Positions 1 to 11,655 of a stretch of 64,000 nt of DNA are shown piece after piece; position 1 is the stretch's first letter; each line of letters opens with the position of its first letter. Source of the DNA: Selaginella moellendorffii (taxonomy: Eukaryota; Plantae; Lycopodiophyta); contig NW_003314281.1 of assembly GCF_000143415.4 (NCBI RefSeq), positions 2,023,882 to 2,087,881 on the forward strand, written 5' to 3'. The translations under genes were made by a program, and so were the position numbers. The notes under the pieces were generated by a model. It was not told the DNA's origin. It saw only the letters and a list, made by a program, of their open reading frames with translations, and made no database searches.

Positions 1-949
1 AACAGCACCAGCATGCAGCAAGCCGGACGCTTCTGAGCGGCGGCGCCTCCCAAATCCTGAAAAGATAGAAAAGGAATGAGTACAAAGGTAAAAAAGGATG
101 AGAAACAAAAAAGATATGATCGTGCCTCTTTTGAAGGAACGTAGATGTAAGGAATGTCCGACTCTTCGCAGAGTATTGGCAAGTGTGTGATTACATCGAT
201 TGGTGAGATATCTCCTGCGATTACACAGAGCCTGCAAAGTAGAAAGATAGATCTGGCACTGTACGATTGCAAACTGGAAGCTCTTACCCCTTCTGTCCCC
301 GGCGAACAGCTTTTACGACCTCCTTTACTCCCCTCCTGAGTTGCTTGTTCTGAGCCGCTGCAAAAACAAAGACCGCAAATCTTGTCACATAAGAGAGTAA
401 TACTTGTAAGAAAAGATAACCTCAGACAGCGAATAGCAGCAGCAAGGCGAGAAAAATCCCACCTTTCAGCCGGTAATTCCAGAAAAATTAAGTCATCATA
501 GGCCTAAGGACCAAGAGCAGGAAAAAAACTTAAGAACGAAACACAGGGCCTCAGCCAGCCTAAAGTCGCAGCACCAAGGCGAAGCAAAACTTCGTCTTTC
601 AGCCGGTAATTCCAGAAAAACGAAACATCATCGGCCAAAAGAACAAAAAAAAAAGAGAGAGAAAAAAAGTGGAGAAATAAAGCAGAAAAGCCTCAGCAGC
701 CAAATCGCAGCATCAAGGCGAAGAGATCCTCGCCTTTAAGCCGGTAATTCCAGAATCAAAACGATCCAAACATCATCGGCTATTGCACGCATTCATTCTT
801 CCTTCTAGATCCATACCTCTCCGGACGAGCTTGAGCGTCTTCTTACAAAGGCGCTTGCCCGCTAGTGGCCTAGCGATGATCGACACATGCTGCCGCTTCT
901 TGCGATCCTTTTCCTTGTCCTTCTTGTTGCCCTCGCCGTCACTCACCAT
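1..949 (-). CDS. NHP2: H/ACA snoRNP subunit NHP2 (L7Ae family), 3' end outside the window
   Basis: Exons 949-817, 357-288, 231-126, 56-<1 splice to MVSDGEG...[96 protein letters not shown], with the L7Ae/NHP2 motifs intact. Confidence 0.93.
418..503 (-). ncRNA. Box C/D snoRNA, snoR77Y/snR77-like, copy 1
   Basis: Minus strand reads ATGATGA (C box), CTGGAATTACCGG then CTGA (D'), and a terminal CTGA (D). The guide is antisense to 18S rRNA CGGUAAUUCCAG. Confidence 0.85.
547..636 (-). ncRNA. Box C/D snoRNA, snoR77Y/snR77-like, copy 2
   Basis: GGCC terminal stem, ATGATGT C-box variant, same guide followed by CTGA, terminal CTGA. Confidence 0.85.
689..781 (-). ncRNA. Box C/D snoRNA, snoR77Y/snR77-like, copy 3
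   Basis: AGCC/GGCT terminal stem, ATGATGT C box, same guide followed by CTTA (D' variant), terminal CTGA. Confidence 0.8.
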
Positions 950-957
950 TGCCACAT

Positions 958-1004
958 AAAACCCTAGCCCCTAAACCCTAACCCCTAAATCATGAACCCT
1001 AAAC
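958..1004. promoter_or_regulatory. Telo-box cluster upstream of NHP2
   Basis: AAACCCTAG, AAACCCTAA and AACCCTAAA within 50 bp of the ATG. Telo-boxes are typical of plant ribosome-biogenesis genes. Confidence 0.65.
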
Positions 1005-3160
1005 ATTCTGGTCATCGCAAAGAACGACAAAGCTATCAAACCGTCAACTTTTCTTATAGTTTTTTGTTCAGTGGTGTTGGAACGTTAGGTCTCAGTGGTT
1101 GAAGCGTCCAAAGTATCTCTCTCCTTTTTTTTCTTTCTTTTGACGCATGGTCTTAAATGTCCTGTGCGTGCTTTTGATAACGACCAAGTTTGAAATGTAT
1201 GACACTCTTCCATGTTCCTTGTCCTGCAAAGTTTCACGTAGCTCCACACCGAAACACGAAATCTCCAACTTAACCTTTTGCGGCCAAGATCAAGAGCACT
1301 GAACGAAAACAAGTTCTCCCAGCCCAATGCGTGAATCAAAAGCCAACAGCCAGCGAAAAATGCGTGAGTTTTGGCCCCATGATTTTATTTCAGTCACATC
1401 CTTCTCATGAGACTGGCCTCCTGTTTGATCGATGCCAACAAAAGCTTGTGCTAGTGGATTCAACACGGAACATTCCACGGATCCTTCATGACAAAGTCAA
1501 CGTTTGGATCACGCTTCTAATCGCGTGTAACCCTCCAAAAGGCCCCCATGCTCCAGCGTTGAAGAAATCGGGATCGATCGTTCGTAGCTTTATTCGATTC
1601 AATCACGGAAGTTGAATCCAAACACATGTTGCTAAGAGCCACTGGCCAGCATCTGATCCTACGCAAAATAGAAAATCACTATCCAATTTCTTCTAGACTT
1701 CCAAATGTAGGGGAAGAAAGGTTGCAGGCGCAAAGATATGTTGACCCGGAAAATACTGAATGGTAAAATCTAGGATCATATTTTAGGGTTTATGCGAAAC
1801 TTCTAAAGTTCCGACGCGAGCTCCCTATGCCCCTAGAAAGCCACAGGACTTGTCGCGATGCCCTTGTCCCAAGATAAACACCAAGCGAGCACGTTTGAAT
1901 TTCCCGCCATTTTAAACTAAGGAGTTGAATAATCGGGGGTCTTCGTTTGCCCCAGAGCTTCGTAGTGTTATTTATTCTCGCATTGTCTCGCCGTTCGTCG
2001 TGTTCTTCGTCGCGTCGCCGCCGTCGTGATTCGCGGGACCGCCCTCGTTTGCTGTCGGCCCGGTAAGATGATCGATTGGCGTGGTTTGACGCAGATTTTG
2101 ATGTTCCTTTCGGTTAGGTCTGCTCGTTCTATCGATCGAGGTGCTCTAATCGATCGATCGTGAGTGGCGTGTATGCCGCTACTCCATCAGCCGCAAAGAT
2201 CCCGTGGAAATCGTCTTCGTTCCCAAATTTCCGCGCACAGGTGTCGCGTTTCTACAATTCCGTTGTGGGACTGACCGTGGGACTCTCTTAAAACAGAGAA
2301 AAGGAGGGAGGGAGGGACTGACCTCTCGCAACAACCACTGCTGTGAAAATATCCTTTGTGTCCGGGAGCGCTTTAAAGCACTGGGCAGGAAGAGCGCTTT
2401 GGATGGATGGCTGCTGGCTGGGCCGAGGATTTGAGGCGAACTTTTAAGCTCCGAATTTATCGGGCTCTCTCTCTCTCTCTCTCCTTTTCTTTTTCTTTCT
2501 GGTCCATCTCGAAACACCACTGCCTAATCGCGTGAAGTGCTCCAGAGCTTTCAGAGGTGGAGGAGAGGAGCTGTAGCAGCTGGTCTGAGAGGGACGCGCG
2601 GTTTATTACTGTGAAGGTATAGCTCCTCTCCTGGCAGATTGTTCTTGTTTGTTTTTTGTTTTCCGAAAAAAAAAAAAACCTCATGCGTGTCCGTTTTAAA
2701 TGCAGTTCGGTGGAGATTGTCACACTGGCATGTGTTGGGCGAATTCTCTAAAGGCTTCGCAAACTTACGGAAACGGCAAAAGAGGTCAAGATCTCTCAAC
2801 TTACGAGTGCTCGCTAGAAAGGTTGCGCTGCTGCTTTTGTTTTGTTCGTCCTTGGCCTTTTCTTTCTTCTTCGAGGTTTGCTTGCATCTATCGAGTCGAG
2901 CTGTGAGATAGACCTTGCGCTCGCTCAGTGCGCATTGCGCAACGTACTGACGAGGCCTTTTCCCTGAGCCTCTTTTTCCTTTCGAAAGTGAAACTCTGAA
3001 TCTTTGGTGGCGTCATGGCTTTAGTGGCAGTGGTCCATTCTAGCTGGCTACGTTCCTCGTAGGACTTGCTCGGTTTTCTTTGAAAAAAATGCGAGGCGGC
3101 ATAACCGGTCTCTGGGGCTAAACTGTTGTGTTTTTCCAGGCCTGAAAGCTTGAAGTGACG

Positions 3161-4734
3161 ATGACGATGATCGTGCGGGAGATGATTCTGCTGGATCAAG
3201 CGTGCTTCGAGCCGGATGATCCCCACAGCTTCAACGATGATTCAGGATGGTTGGGACCTCCCAGTGCTGTTCCATTCGCCTGGGAGCTGGCTCCTGGAAC
3301 TCCGAAGCAGGAGAGAAAATCAGCTCCTGAAGTGTCGGATTCAACAAGGGAGGCTTTCTCTGGAGAAGTTTGCAAGGCAATTGTCAAGGTTGAATCTGAA
3401 GGGGAGGACTCTGGCCCGTGGTACGACGAGCCGGACAGGCACTCAGTTCACATCTTAGAAAATGCCCCTCGCTCCTTCCTGGAGTGCCGGAACAGCGAAG
3501 TCTCAGGCGAGCCAGCGGATCATTTCAAGGGACGGACAGTCGCGTTCAAGTGGGAGATGGAGCCTGGCATACCGAGAGATCCATTGACGTGTCGGGAAGT
3601 TCTCGACTGCCCGCTTACGCCTCCGCCAGTGTTCCACTCCCGGAGCATGGTCGTGTACTCTAGCAGGAGCAGCAAGAAGACATTTTCTCTGTCCGAGAGA
3701 TTGAGAAGCTTGCTGTGGATACAGCCGCACAGGAAGCAGCCCGACTTTCAAACGCGCCTGAATCCTCCAGGAAGGGCTTCCTCGAAGACCACAAAGGCGA
3801 CGCTTCTGCTCAAGAATTCACCGCACAACGGCTCAAGCAATTCGCTGTCGAAGAAGAACGGTGCTGCTCATTCGGACGAGGAGGAGGACCTCTCACCAGT
3901 AAGTGTTTTGGATTACAACAGCTCCATGAGGTCCAGCAGCCACCCTGCGGATAACAGCAGCAACAGTAACAGGCTTTCGTCGGCGTCGTCCTCGAGACGC
4001 TCGCACTATCACACGCCGCAGCACTCTTTCTCCGGGGATGTCAACGCAGCAAACGTATCGTCGACAGGCAGCTTCACATCGTTCATCGGATCTAGCAAGC
4101 GAAGCAGTCTCTCCGCTCTTCTCATCCGGAGGAACAAGAACAGGGAGCCGACGGGCTGCTTGACGATGCTCCGCTCGAATTCATTCGCCACTACAAACGA
4201 CTCGTTTGAAGAGGCAGTGAGCGAGGTCAACAGCAGTGACAGATCCTCGTCTCTCAGCAGCGACGAGAATCACAAGAAGCCAGGCACCAACAAAGACTGT
4301 GGCGAGAGCTCCGACGAAGACGCTCGATCGGTTTACTTCTCGCCGGCTCCAAACATCGAGAGTCCGAGGAAGTCATTCTCGTTCCAGAGCAGAGCCATGG
4401 ACGACGAACGGGACGCCGCCAAGTTCAAGATCATTGACCGAGTCGACTCTCTGGAGACGATCGATCCGGGCTTTGCTCCATCGGAGCTTGGCGACGTTAG
4501 CTACCAGCGCAACATTCTCAACAGGATGACGAGCTGTGCTCGCTGGCAAAGGAAGCAGGCATCGATCAAGCAGACCAGGAGTGGCAGCCATCTCGTAAGT
4601 TCTTTCACTTCATTTTTTTATCAAGATCTCTGCTAACACTGAGTGTACCAAAAACAAAATCTCTGTTCCAGGCCAGGAGCTTGTTTGGGCGAGTGACAGT
4701 GTGCTGCTACGTCCCGCGTGAAGATCAATGCTGA
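3161..4734 (+). CDS. DUF688-like Ser-rich plant protein
   Basis: Two VPFxWExxPGxPK-type motifs (AVPFAWELAPGTPK, VAFKWEMEPGIPR). Exons 3161-4594 and 4672-4734 joined by a GT-AG intron. Confidence 0.75.
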
Positions 4735-5240
4735 TGGCATTCATGGTCGACTTATTAGAACTCAACAAAAGCCAGCCAGTTCGTGATAGGAACAAGTGCT
4801 GCGTGTAAAAACAAAATGAAAATACAAAAAATTCTCATTGCGGCGTGCTTTAAGCTTGCTGAATGTACTAAGATTTTCAACGGTAAATAGTTTGGGTGAA
4901 CAAAGTTTGGCAAGAACATATCTTGCAGAGAGATTTTAAGAACTTTGGTAGTTGCTTAGTGTTGGCAAGAAAGTATCTTGAAGAGGAACTTTGGTAGTTA
5001 GTTTAGAGGTTGGTAAGAAAATATCTTGAAGAGCATGGCTCGTGGACGAAGTTAAAGTTTAGTGATTTAAAGAAAGTATCAAGAAGAGCATGGACGACGA
5101 TCAAGAGATTTTAAACTTTATGGTTGTCTCCAGCACGGCCTAGACAAACTTCTCGATCTTTTGACAGTTCTCGAAGATCCAACCTTTACGCCAGCGTAAC
5201 GTCAAAACAAATTGTAATTCGAATAGCTCAGAGATTGAAT

Positions 5241-5313
5241 CGCCGCCCGAGGGGCTCGAACCCTCGGCCACAAGGTTAAGAGCCTTGCGCTCTGCCGACT
5301 GAGCTAGGGCGGC
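5241..5313 (-). tRNA. tRNA-Lys(CTT)
   Basis: GCCGCCCTAGCTCAGTCGGCAGAGCGCAAGGCTCTTAACCTTGTGGCCGAGGGTTCGAGCCCCTCGGGCGGCG: complete 73-nt cloverleaf, anticodon arm CAAGG-CTCTTAA-CCTTG. Confidence 0.96.
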
Positions 5314-5467
5314 ATTAGCGGGAAAGAGAGTCGTTTAATTCAAACTCGATATTTAAACACACTTTTCTGTTGCTGTATTTAGCGGTCATTTATAAAGAAA
5401 CCACTGCTTCGTTCCTCTTTTCCCCTTCCTTGCTCGAGCATTTCGTGTTTGTGACGCCCTCTCCACC

Positions 5468-6826
5468 ATGAGCAAGGACTTGGAGAATGGCAATGCCGCC
5501 AAGGATTTCTCTGAGCCGCCGCCGACGCCTCTCATCGATCTTGCGGAGCTCAAGTCGTGGTCGCTCTACCGGGCTTGCATCGTCGAGCTCGTTGCCACGC
5601 TCTTGTTCCTCTACATTGGCGTCACTGCGCTTATCGGGCACGCCAGGGCGCAGGCGGCCGCGGGCGGGGATTCTTGCGGCGGGATTGGGCTGCTGGGCGT
5701 CGCGTGGGTGTTCGGCGGCATGATCTTCGTCCTCGTCTACTGCACGGCCGGCGTCTCTGGTATGCATCGATTCATCCATCGCTTTCTTTCTCCGATTGCC
5801 CGGATTGTTTTGCCGCTTCTTTCACGTTTCTTGATTTTCAAAATAGTTCGTGCCGCCATTGGCGATTTCTTTACTCTGTTCTTCCCCAATTCTTCTCCGC
5901 GATCCAGCTTCCTCCCAAGAACAAGAAATCCCTGGGATCCATATCCGAGAGAGAGAGAGAGAGAGAGATCTCACAGATTTCTTCTGGCTGTGTAGGTGGT
6001 CATCTAAATCCTGCCGTTACATTTGGCATGTTCTTGGCCCGGAAGGTTTCGATTCCCCGTGCGCTGCTCTACGTTGCGTCCCAGGTCGCGGGCGCGATCT
6101 TTGGGGCGGGGCTGGCCAAAGGCTTCCAGGCCAGCTTCTACAATGGCAACATGGGTGGCGCCACTTTCATCCAGAATGGCTACACCAAAGCCGAGGGACT
6201 GGGCGCTGAGATCATCGGGACTTTTGTGCTCGCTTACACTGTCTTCTCCGCCACTGATCCCAAACGAGTTGCTCGTGACTCTCACGTTCCGGTAAGTGTT
6301 TCTCACGCCTCTTTTCCACCTTTTTCCTCTTTCATCCTGAATAGTCATTCATTCTTAGTCCCTTTTTCTTGCTCTTTTTCTCCTGTGCTTCTGGATTCAT
6401 GCCGAGCGCCAAAAAGAGAGGAAAAGAAACAAGGACCGACTCAGGTTGATCGTGACTCCCTGCTTGACTTACAGGGAACTTGACTGACTCAGACTTAGCA
6501 GCCGCGGGTTGCAGTGGAACTAATCAGTTCTAGTTTTGATTTTCAGGTCCTCGCTCCGCTCCCGATCGGATTCGCCGTGTTCATGGTTCACCTGGCTCTG
6601 CTGCCCGTGACTGGCTCGAGTGTGAATCCGGCTCGCAGCTTTGCAACGGCTGTCATCTACAATAACAGCAGAGTTTGGAACGATCAGGTAAGTTGTTCTT
6701 CCGCATTTAATTCGCAGCCGAAAGAAAGAAAAAATTCGTTTGTTTGGATCGCCAGTGGGTTTACTGGGTTGGACCGCTTCTTGGAGCTGCGCTCGCCGCA
6801 ATGTATCATCAATACATTCTTCGCGG
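5468..6826 (+). CDS. PIP: Plasma-membrane intrinsic protein (PIP aquaporin), 3' end lost in the N gap
   Basis: Exons 5468-5759, 5996-6291, 6547-6687, 6756->6826. Motifs [33 protein letters not shown] and conserved PIP intron positions. Confidence 0.95.
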
Positions 6827-6959
6827 NNNNNNNNNNNNNNNNNNNNNNNNNNNNNNNNNNNNNNNNNNNNNNNNNNNNNNNNNNNNNNNNNNNNNNNNNN
6901 NNNNNNNNNNNNNNNNNNNNNNNNNNNNNNNNNNNNNNNNNNNNNNNNNNNNNNNNNNN
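6827..6959. other. Assembly gap
   Basis: Run of N. Confidence 1.
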
Positions 6960-7043
6960 AACAATGTTTACACACAAGCAAAGCAAGCACAAGAAAAACT
7001 ATTTACTTGAATCCACCACACTCGTATAGACACACAAGTAATT

Positions 7044-7964
7044 TTAGATGGGAGCTACCTTGCTAAAGAGACGCAAGATTCCAAACGTGACAAGCATTGC
7101 CATCCATCCTCCCAGCACGACCCTTGCAATCGACTTTGGCAGCGGGCTCCCGCCCATCCACGCCCCAATCGCCCCGAAAATGAAGAGCCCAGCGCTGGTT
7201 GACACCGCCAATGCGATCATCCGGAGCTTGAATCCCTCCACAAACGCCCCGGCAAGCAGGGGAATCATCCCCCCGGAGGAAAACGCGGTTGCGGACGCGA
7301 GCGCTGCCTGGATAGGATTGGCGAGATCATCCACATCGATCCCGAGCTCCTCCCGCGCGTGGATTTTCACGGGATCCTCCCGCGAGAGCTCCTCGGCGAC
7401 CTGGCGCGCCAATCCATAGTGTAGCCCCCGCGTGACGTAGATCTGCGTGAGTTCCTCCAGCTCCTTGGCCACGGCCTCGGGGCCCGACTGGAATTCCTTG
7501 CGCTCTTTCTCGATGTCGCTCAATTCGGTGTCGCGCTGCGAGGAGACGGAGACGTACTCACCGATCGCCATGCTGCAAGCGCCCGCGACGAGGACCGCGA
7601 TGCCGGCAAGCACCGCGGCGCCATTGCGAGCTCCGGTCATGGCGATCATGGATGAGGCGGTGGAGACGAGGCCATCGTTGGCGCCCAGGACGAGAGCTCG
7701 CAGCCATGGCGCGCGGTGGGAGTAGTGGAAGTGGCCATTGGGGTGGAGGGGATCGACACCGGGATCGACTTGCGGCGAGCGTGCTGGAGTTCGAATCGGG
7801 TGGCGGAATGGAGATGGGGAGTACCTTGGCGTGTGGAAGACTCCCGGGGAGAAGTGTGGCGATGCGCTCTCTGGATCGTTTCTGCTGCGGAATGGCGACG
7901 TGATGAGCTCGGATTTTGGCACGGAATTGTCCACCTTGTGGAGATTGCGATGCTCCATCTTCAT
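7044..7964 (-). CDS. VIT1/CCC1-family vacuolar iron transporter-like protein (nodulin-21/VTL type), intronless
   Basis: RAPWLRALVLGANDGLVS, AGACSMAIGEYVSVSSQRD and HAREELG motifs. Confidence 0.92.
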   Translation of the reverse strand: MKMEHRNLHKVDNSVPKSELITSPFRSRNDPESASPHFSPGVFHTPRYSPSPFRHPIRTPARSPQVDPGVDPLHPNGHFHYSHRAPWLRALVLGANDGLVSTASSMIAMTGARNGAAVLAGIAVLVAGACSMAIGEYVSVSSQRDTELSDIEKERKEFQSGPEAVAKELEELTQIYVTRGLHYGLARQVAEELSREDPVKIHAREELGIDVDDLANPIQAALASATAFSSGGMIPLLAGAFVEGFKLRMIALAVSTSAGLFIFGAIGAWMGGSPLPKSIARVVLGGWMAMLVTFGILRLFSKVAPI

Positions 7965-8315
7965 GGTAGGATTGACGAGAAAAGAGAGAATGGCTTCGAA
8001 GATTTGCAAAATTTTTTGCAAAGAATGAGTGGGAGATTGGACTGGAAGAGATTTACGTGTTTATAAAGCAAGCCATGGGTGGAAGGAGAAATGACTATAT
8101 GGTGTAGCTAAGTTCTAGTATAGCGCAGGCGTTTTCCAGGGAAGAGTGATTTCCAGCACGAGCACTACACAAAGCGAATAAGCTGCCGCAAGAATAGTTC
8201 ATCTAGTTTGTAGCAGTGAAATTGGAGGGAAATTTTTGTAATGTATACCCCCCATTCCGGGGTTTGGCATATGCCTGTTTGGAAAATTTAGGGTTCTAGG
8301 TACTCTTCCCCAGCT

Positions 8316-11300
8316 ATGGAGACGATAGTGGACGATCTCGGCGCTAGCGATTCTGGTGGCACCGATGCCGGGACCGCAGGGTCGATCAGCTCCTCCTCGC
8401 CGCTGGGAGCGGTGTTTGCGTTCTGGAAAGGTACTGTGCTGTGTGATTTCGTTGCGAGGAATCCCGCATTTTGCTTGTGGATGCGCCAGATTTCGATCTG
8501 GAGAAGGAGAAAGCGAAGCTGGACGAGCAGGGTATTAAGATCGGGGAGAATCAGGACTCGAGCTTGAAGAACAGGCGGAAGCTTGCCGAGAGCACGAGAG
8601 GTGAGCTTTGTTTGGGGATTTTAGAGCGCGGGAGATCTGTGGTTTGCCTTGCTTTACAGAATTTAAGAAGGCTGAAAACGAGGAGAAGATCAAGCAAATT
8701 CCTGGGCTGCTCAAGGGATACCAGGAAGAGGTTGACAATCTAACCAAGCGTGCCAAGTATGGCGAGACTTCGTTCCTCAGCATATATCAAAAGCTTTTTG
8801 AAGCTCCTGATCCAGCTCCTCTACTCGAGCATGCTACTGTAAGTGTTTTTTTTTCCTTTTGCGTTTATGTCTAATGAAACAAGGCGATTTTTATCCGCGA
8901 TTTAGACGTCGACGGCAAGAGTTTCGGAGCTGGAGTCGGAGAACAGGAAAATGCGGCAAGAGCTGGAAGAGTTTAGGACTGAAGCTGCTCATTTAAAGAA
9001 CCAACAAGCCACATTGCGCAGGCTAGAGGAAAGGAACAGGCAGCTTGAGCTACAAGTGAGTCACTAACGTTTATAACGGCTTCTTATTATCTTGTGGAAT
9101 CATTTTCAGATGGAAGAAAAGGTAAAGGAGCTTGTGGAAATGAAACAGCGCAATCTGGCCGAGGAGAACCAGAAGATTCTTGAAGTTCTCAAGGAAAGGT
9201 ATGGTATTGGCGACGTAGTTTCTAGTATCTGACTCTATATGCATCACTTGCAGAGAAAGCTCTCTTCAGGAACAGTTACGGGCTGCGCACGATAGCGTGC
9301 AAAGTATGCAGCGGTTGCACGAGTTTGGACAGAGCCAGTTGTTTGAGCTCCGAGCACAATCTGGTTCGTGAGTTTTTCTACCTTGCCTATGCTGAATCTC
9401 TTGGTGTTTGCAGAGGAAGAGCGTGCAGCAAAACAAGCGGAACTTACTCTCTTAAGTGACGAGGTTGAAAGAGCTCAAAGCCGCTTATTAAGTCTTGAGC
9501 GAGAGAAGGTATGCCCACAGCGTTTATAACCCCACCTACAGTTAACTTAATACTTATTAGGATCATTTACGTTCTCAATTGCAAGCTGCTGGTAGCCAAG
9601 AAGAGGAACTCAAAACAAGGTGCTAGCCCTCTAGTCGATGCAAGCTTCATCTGTTTTATGATATGCTTATTTGAGCAGGCAAGACATGGACACGAGTAAC
9701 ACGTTGGAAGCTTCTTTGGACGCAAAGGAAAAGATCATCTCCGAGCTGCATGCGGAACTTCGTAATTTGGAATCTGCACTTTCAAATCAGAAGAATGAAC
9801 ACATTGCAGAGATCAGAAAGCTAAATGCCTACATTCATGATAAGGTACCTGTTAAACTATGTCGTCATGGTTTATTTACGTGTGTTGCACTGGCAGGAAA
9901 ACACGCTGCAAAATTTGCAAAAGGAACTTGCAGAGAGACCTACATCTAAACAGTTGGATGATCTTAGGAAGCAAGTGAAAATACTTCAGGTATTTGTTTA
10001 GTCTTCTGCACGTGAAACTTAAATGAGTCACATTTGTTAGGCGGTTGGATACAATTTAATCGAAACGGAAGACTGGGATGCTGCAGCGCAAGGACAAGAG
10101 ATAAGTAAACTTGAAAGCTTACTATTGGACAAAAACCGGAAGCTGGAGCATGAACTTACACAAATCAAGGCATGTTCTCTGGATTGCAACTTGTTGACTT
10201 TTCCTTCTGACGATGTTTAACTAGGTACAACTTTCTGAAAGGAAAACTGCACAAGATACCGCTGAAGGAAAAAGCAAAGAGTTAGAGGCGGAGGTTGAAC
10301 GGCAACGAAGGCTTATTTCAAAACTTGAAGAAGACATATTAAAGGTCTGACGTGCAAAGCATAAGCTCCTGATATTTTCTTTTTCTTTCAGGGTTACAAT
10401 TCCACTGACAGAAGGGCGAACAAGATAGATGACTGGGACTTATCAGACTCAGGAATTACCGATCTTATTGAGGTAATGAGCTTTTAGTCCTCTGCCGCTG
10501 TCGCTTTTATTCATTTGTATACGGACAGCATGGGCACAACAGTCAAGCAGCGGGAAACCAGTTTCAAGAACCAAACTCCATGCTGGAAGTAATCTGTAGC
10601 CAGCGTGATCGTTTCCGCCAAAGGCTAAGAGAATCAGAAGAGGTAGTTGTAATAGTATCATCTTAGTGTCCTTTACCATTTCTTTTGCAGGAGCTAAGAC
10701 AAACAAGGGATAAAAACGCTGTCCTTTTAACAGAATTAAACAAGTGCAAGGCGGACAACTTAAAGCTGTATGAGAAAATACGTTATATTCAAGACTATAC
10801 GAAGGAACGTCCTCTTTCTAGAGGAACCAAGAAGGTTTTCCATAATTTTTTACTCTTTTTTTGTCTAATGTTTACACGTAATTCAGAAAATCGATGATCT
10901 GGAAGGTGGCATGGTCTCAGATATTGAATCGAAGTACAAGAAAATTTACGAAGATGACATAAACCCTTTCGCTGCGTTTTCAAGAAAGGTAGCTATTCCA
11001 TACTTAACATCTATTGTTGCTGATGTCTTGATTTGGAAAGGAAAAAGAACGGAAGTACAAAGACCTGGGGATTAGAGACAAAATTACGCTTTTAAGCGGA
11101 CGCTTCTTGCTCGGAAATAAGTAAGTCATCTGCGCTGAAACATTTTCCATTCATCCCCTTCTTCAGATACGCCCGGACGTTTGTTTTCTTCTATTCTATC
11201 GGACTGCACTTGCTTGTTTTTGCAAGTCTATACAAGTTTTCATCAGTCAGCTATCACAAGTAAGCGGTTCAAAATGTATATCTAATCTAACTGTCATTCT

Positions 11301-11393
11301 CTGGTTTGTAGTGTTACCAAAGATGCAAGCTTTAGAACCGAAATGTTAAAGAACGCATCACAATTGTCCTCCCCAGATAACCCCCTACAGTAG
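8316..11393 (+). CDS. CASP: Golgin CASP (CUX1/COY1-type coiled-coil protein with C-terminal TM), about 20 exons
   Basis: Spliced peptides FWKDFDLEKEK...RRKLAESTREFKK, YQEEVDNLTKRAKYGETSFL, KADNLKLYEKIRYIQDY, YEDDINPFAAF, YARTFVFFYSIGLHLLVF. Introns about 50-60 nt. Confidence 0.9.
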
Positions 11394-11655
11394 TAGACTT
11401 CTCGGTTTGTAAATAACGGGTAAGTGTTTGCAGTCTTAAAAGTCAACTTACTAATACTTGCCTTTCAATCTACAACTCAGTTCTTCCAAATCTTGACGAT
11501 GTTCTCCTGCTTCGATAGCAAGCCAAAGGTGCCTCAAAGCTAAGTGTCTGAATTAGTTCGACATACTTATGTTTTTTTTTTCCTTTTTGTTCAGCATATT
11601 AAGTACTGCCGTATGCTATACTCTAGAGAGCTCATTTGTGTCAGAAGAGGCCGCA

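Noticed and set aside
2160-2440. Telomerase RNA, RNase MRP or U3 candidate
   Set aside because: No telomeric template, MRP motifs, U3 boxes or USE promoter found.
2947-2995. CTGACGA...GAAA possible hammerhead
   Set aside because: The hairpin is not directly followed by GAAA and no flanking stems or cleavage triplet fit.
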